Notes under the pieces: generated by a model
What the model saw: the letters and a program-made list of their open reading frames with translations, nothing else
What the model was told of the DNA's origin: nothing
Databases searched by the model: none
Made by a program: the position numbers and the translations under genes
Shown here: positions 61,168 through 64,000 of the stretch, piece after piece
Layout of the letters: every line of letters starts with the position of its first letter
Numbering within the stretch: the stretch's first letter is position 1
DNA from: Podarcis gaigeae
Lineage: Eukaryota
Assembly (NCBI GenBank): GCA_964106915.2
Contig: OZ066919.1
DNA length: 64,000 bases
Strand: one strand, 5' to 3'

Positions 61168-61497
61168 TTTTTGGGGGGGCAGCCCCTTTTTGGTGACCTT
61201 AAAATTAGCTAAAAGAAAAGGAAATTTAAAACAGGACAAATAGAATGCTGCTGGACCAATAGAAACATCTATCAATAACCTACCCATACACCATACAAGT
61301 ATGTACACAAGCATCGTTTGAACTGGAGGCATGCAAGGTAAGAGTCCTTTGTGAAATAGCTCTTAAAAAGTGACCCCAGCATATGCACTGAGCTTATGCT
61401 AAATGAAGCAAATAGTTGTCATGTATAAGGACTTCAATCTTCAAGCTTCAGAAGGTAAGATCTTGCACACATTTCAGTTCAAACCAAGCACAACAGA

Positions 61498-61626
<129 letters not shown>

Positions 61627-61745
61627 TTAAGACTACTATATGTGTGTGCACGCATGTACATGCATACACACAATCACCATTCATAAATGAGAAAACCTTA
61701 TCACTTTTATTTTATTGTGTCATTTATTTAAAAATGGAAGTCAGC

Positions 61746-61880
61746 AATGCCTCTTCTCCAGCCTAGTGCCCTCCAAATGTTTTAGACCAACTCCCATCAG
61801 CCTCAAGCAGCATGGCTGATTGTCAGGAATTATGGGAATTGTGTCCCACACATCTGGAGGGCATGAGGCTGAGGAAGCCT
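61746..61880. mobile_element. Degenerate palindromic hAT MITE
   Basis: gtgccctccaaatgtttt...aactcccatc ... gggaattgt...acatctggagggca; related to the 36233, 39035 and 40250 elements. Confidence 0.75.
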
Positions 61881-61894
61881 TCTCTACTCATTTA

Positions 61895-62432
61895 CCGTAT
61901 TGGCCCAAATATAAGCGGCACTTCCCTGCCCCCCAAATTCCGACTGTGAAAGTTAAAGTGCAGCTTATATTCACGACCTTACAAAAATTGGCTTTTACGA
62001 TATTGCTGCTGAAACAGACATAAACAGAACAAAAAAATGTTTTATTGCCGATTTAAGAGCTTGAGTCGCTGTGGAATTGTAGCGATTGAATAGTGATTTG
62101 CGATTTTAGCGATTGTGCGGTAACTTTTGTGGGCTTGCAAGATCAAAGACTTAAATTGGCTTGGAGTTACAATTCTACCAACCGCAGCAATTTTCAGCCT
62201 GTAACTCAATTTTAAGGGAGCGGCTTATATTTGAGTATTGTCTTTGTGAGAGATTGAATAGAAACACTAATCTAGTGTGCTGTTGAACTTTTAAGCAGAT
62301 GAAGTGATAATAATATTTTGCCCTGAATAAGTCCAGTTGTGGTTGAAAGATGGCAAATAAACCATATTGGCCCGAATATAAGCCGCACCCACAGATAAGC
62401 CGCACCCTTAGAATTCAAGGGGGAAAGGACAA
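61895..62432. mobile_element. Tc1/mariner-type MITE with one end apparently inverted (see findings)
   Basis: TA|ccgtattggcccaaatataagc at 61895 and a second TIR ccatattggcccgaatataagcc at 62362 in the same orientation. Confidence 0.75.
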
Positions 62433-63205
62433 CACTCTCTTTCTTAAATAGTCATTTGGGAGATGTTTTACATTTTTCTTATTCAGACCTTTGTAGATGG
62501 AATTCGTTGAATTTGAAACCAGCTTAAAATTCTAGTGTTATTGTAAATCCTGAACCTGGTTGGGGGAATTCATGCTGCAGATATACATGATCCCCTGACT
62601 CAATATTGATCCCTTAATTGGGACCAAGGGATCAGGAGAATACATCTCAATCAATTCTCCCTGTCTGCATCAGACCACATTATTATTTTATTCAACAGTT
62701 GAACCACTTCACCACTCACTGATTTATGCATAAAATTCCAGCATTGCACCTTGAAAAGAAAACTGCATCACCATCTATTTAGGACCATCAGTTAGGATGA
62801 GCAGTTTTTGCAAACAGGGTTCTCCTGTGCTCCTTACATGTTGACTTAGCTTATTTGAACATGGGCTTTCTAACAAATCTCGTTTGTGGAATGCTATCCC
62901 ATACAGGGTTAGGAAAACTATCCATTCAAATATTCAGTTATATTGTACCCATGCTTACTGAGTGTATACAATCCTGGGAAGCAGAATCTTGTTCAATTCA
63001 ACCAATGTCTGAAAAGATCCAAAGAGTACACATTTTCAAAATTGTAACCTAATCTATTCAAATAGTCAGATGGCACAAAAATGAGATTGAGTTCATTATG
63101 AACATTTGTACTGCTTTGTTTAGTCTTTCCTAGAATAAACATGAACATTTTCAACTAGAATATGCTGTATAGGAAAAAGTTATCCAAAATTCACGAAGTT
63201 AATCA

Positions 63206-63415
<210 letters not shown>

Positions 63416-63550
63416 TCATTAATATAATTACGAATAACCTACCCAAGAATATAATTTGTAAATACAACCACTGCACAAGTGACTTGAGTTTATTAGGAGT
63501 CTTTAGAGAACTAATTTACAGAACCAAGGGTTGGATTCAGATTAAGTTCT

Positions 63551-64000
63551 ATTCTAGGCTGCATCAACAGAAGTATAGCATCCATATCAAGGGAAGTAAT
63601 ATCACTCTATTCTGCCTTGATCAGACCACACCTGGAATACTGTGTGCACTTCTGGGCACCATAATCTAAGAAGGGTGTTGACAAGCTAGAACATGTGCAG
63701 AGGGCAACCAAGATGATTAAGGATCTGCAAATTAAGCCTTACAAGGAGCGCTTGAAGGAACTGGATATGTTTAGCCTGGAAAAGAGGAGACTGAGAGATA
63801 TGATCGCCATCTTAAAATATCTCATGGGCTGTCACATGGAGGAGGAAGCATGCTTGTTTTCTCCTGCTCTGGAGAGTAGGACTCAAACCAATGGCTTCAA
63901 GCTGCAAGAAAGGAGATTCTGACTAATACATTTAGAAAATCTGACAGTAAAAGCTGTTCGGCAGTGGAACAGACTACCATGAAAGGTGGTGGATTCTTCT
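63551..64000 (+). mobile_element. CR1 LINE 3' ORF2 fragment in an LRRC40 intron (antisense to LRRC40)
   Basis: QRATKMIKDL...YKERLKELDMFSLEKRRLR in ORF 63695..63922; agaccacacctggaatactgtgtg (RPHLEYCV); frameshifted. Confidence 0.92.

Overview
Vertebrate genomic DNA from a squamate, most likely a lacertid lizard judging by the Sauria-SINE subtypes. It has two assembly gaps. The + strand carries the 3' part of LRRC7 (densin-180): 16 coding exons from 535 to the stop at 54269, all GT-AG and phase-consistent, about 1,180 aa covering the distal LRRs, LAP-specific region, large disordered exon and C-terminal PDZ. A probable ~5.6 kb 3' UTR ends near 59925. The - strand carries the last two coding exons of LRRC40, tail-to-tail with LRRC7 as in human. 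Introns hold Sauria SINEs, MIR-like and tRNA-Lys/CR1-tail SINEs, L2 and CR1 fragments, hAT and Tc1/mariner MITEs, a DIRS relic and microsatellites. Almost all ORFs in the supplied track are spurious. The most notable observations are: (1) a 229-bp intronic segment copied 1.75 kb upstream between a perfect 15-bp target-site duplication with junction microhomology; (2) a candidate in-frame 51-nt cassette exon where mammals have a different ~83-aa segment that is not visible here; (3) several candidate routes to PDZ-less or NMD isoforms; (4) proximal poly(A) signals just upstream of a miR-182/miR-96 site pair; (5) a microhomology-bounded ~185-bp inversion that flips one end of a MITE. Gene identities rest on recalled protein similarity; no database searches were run.
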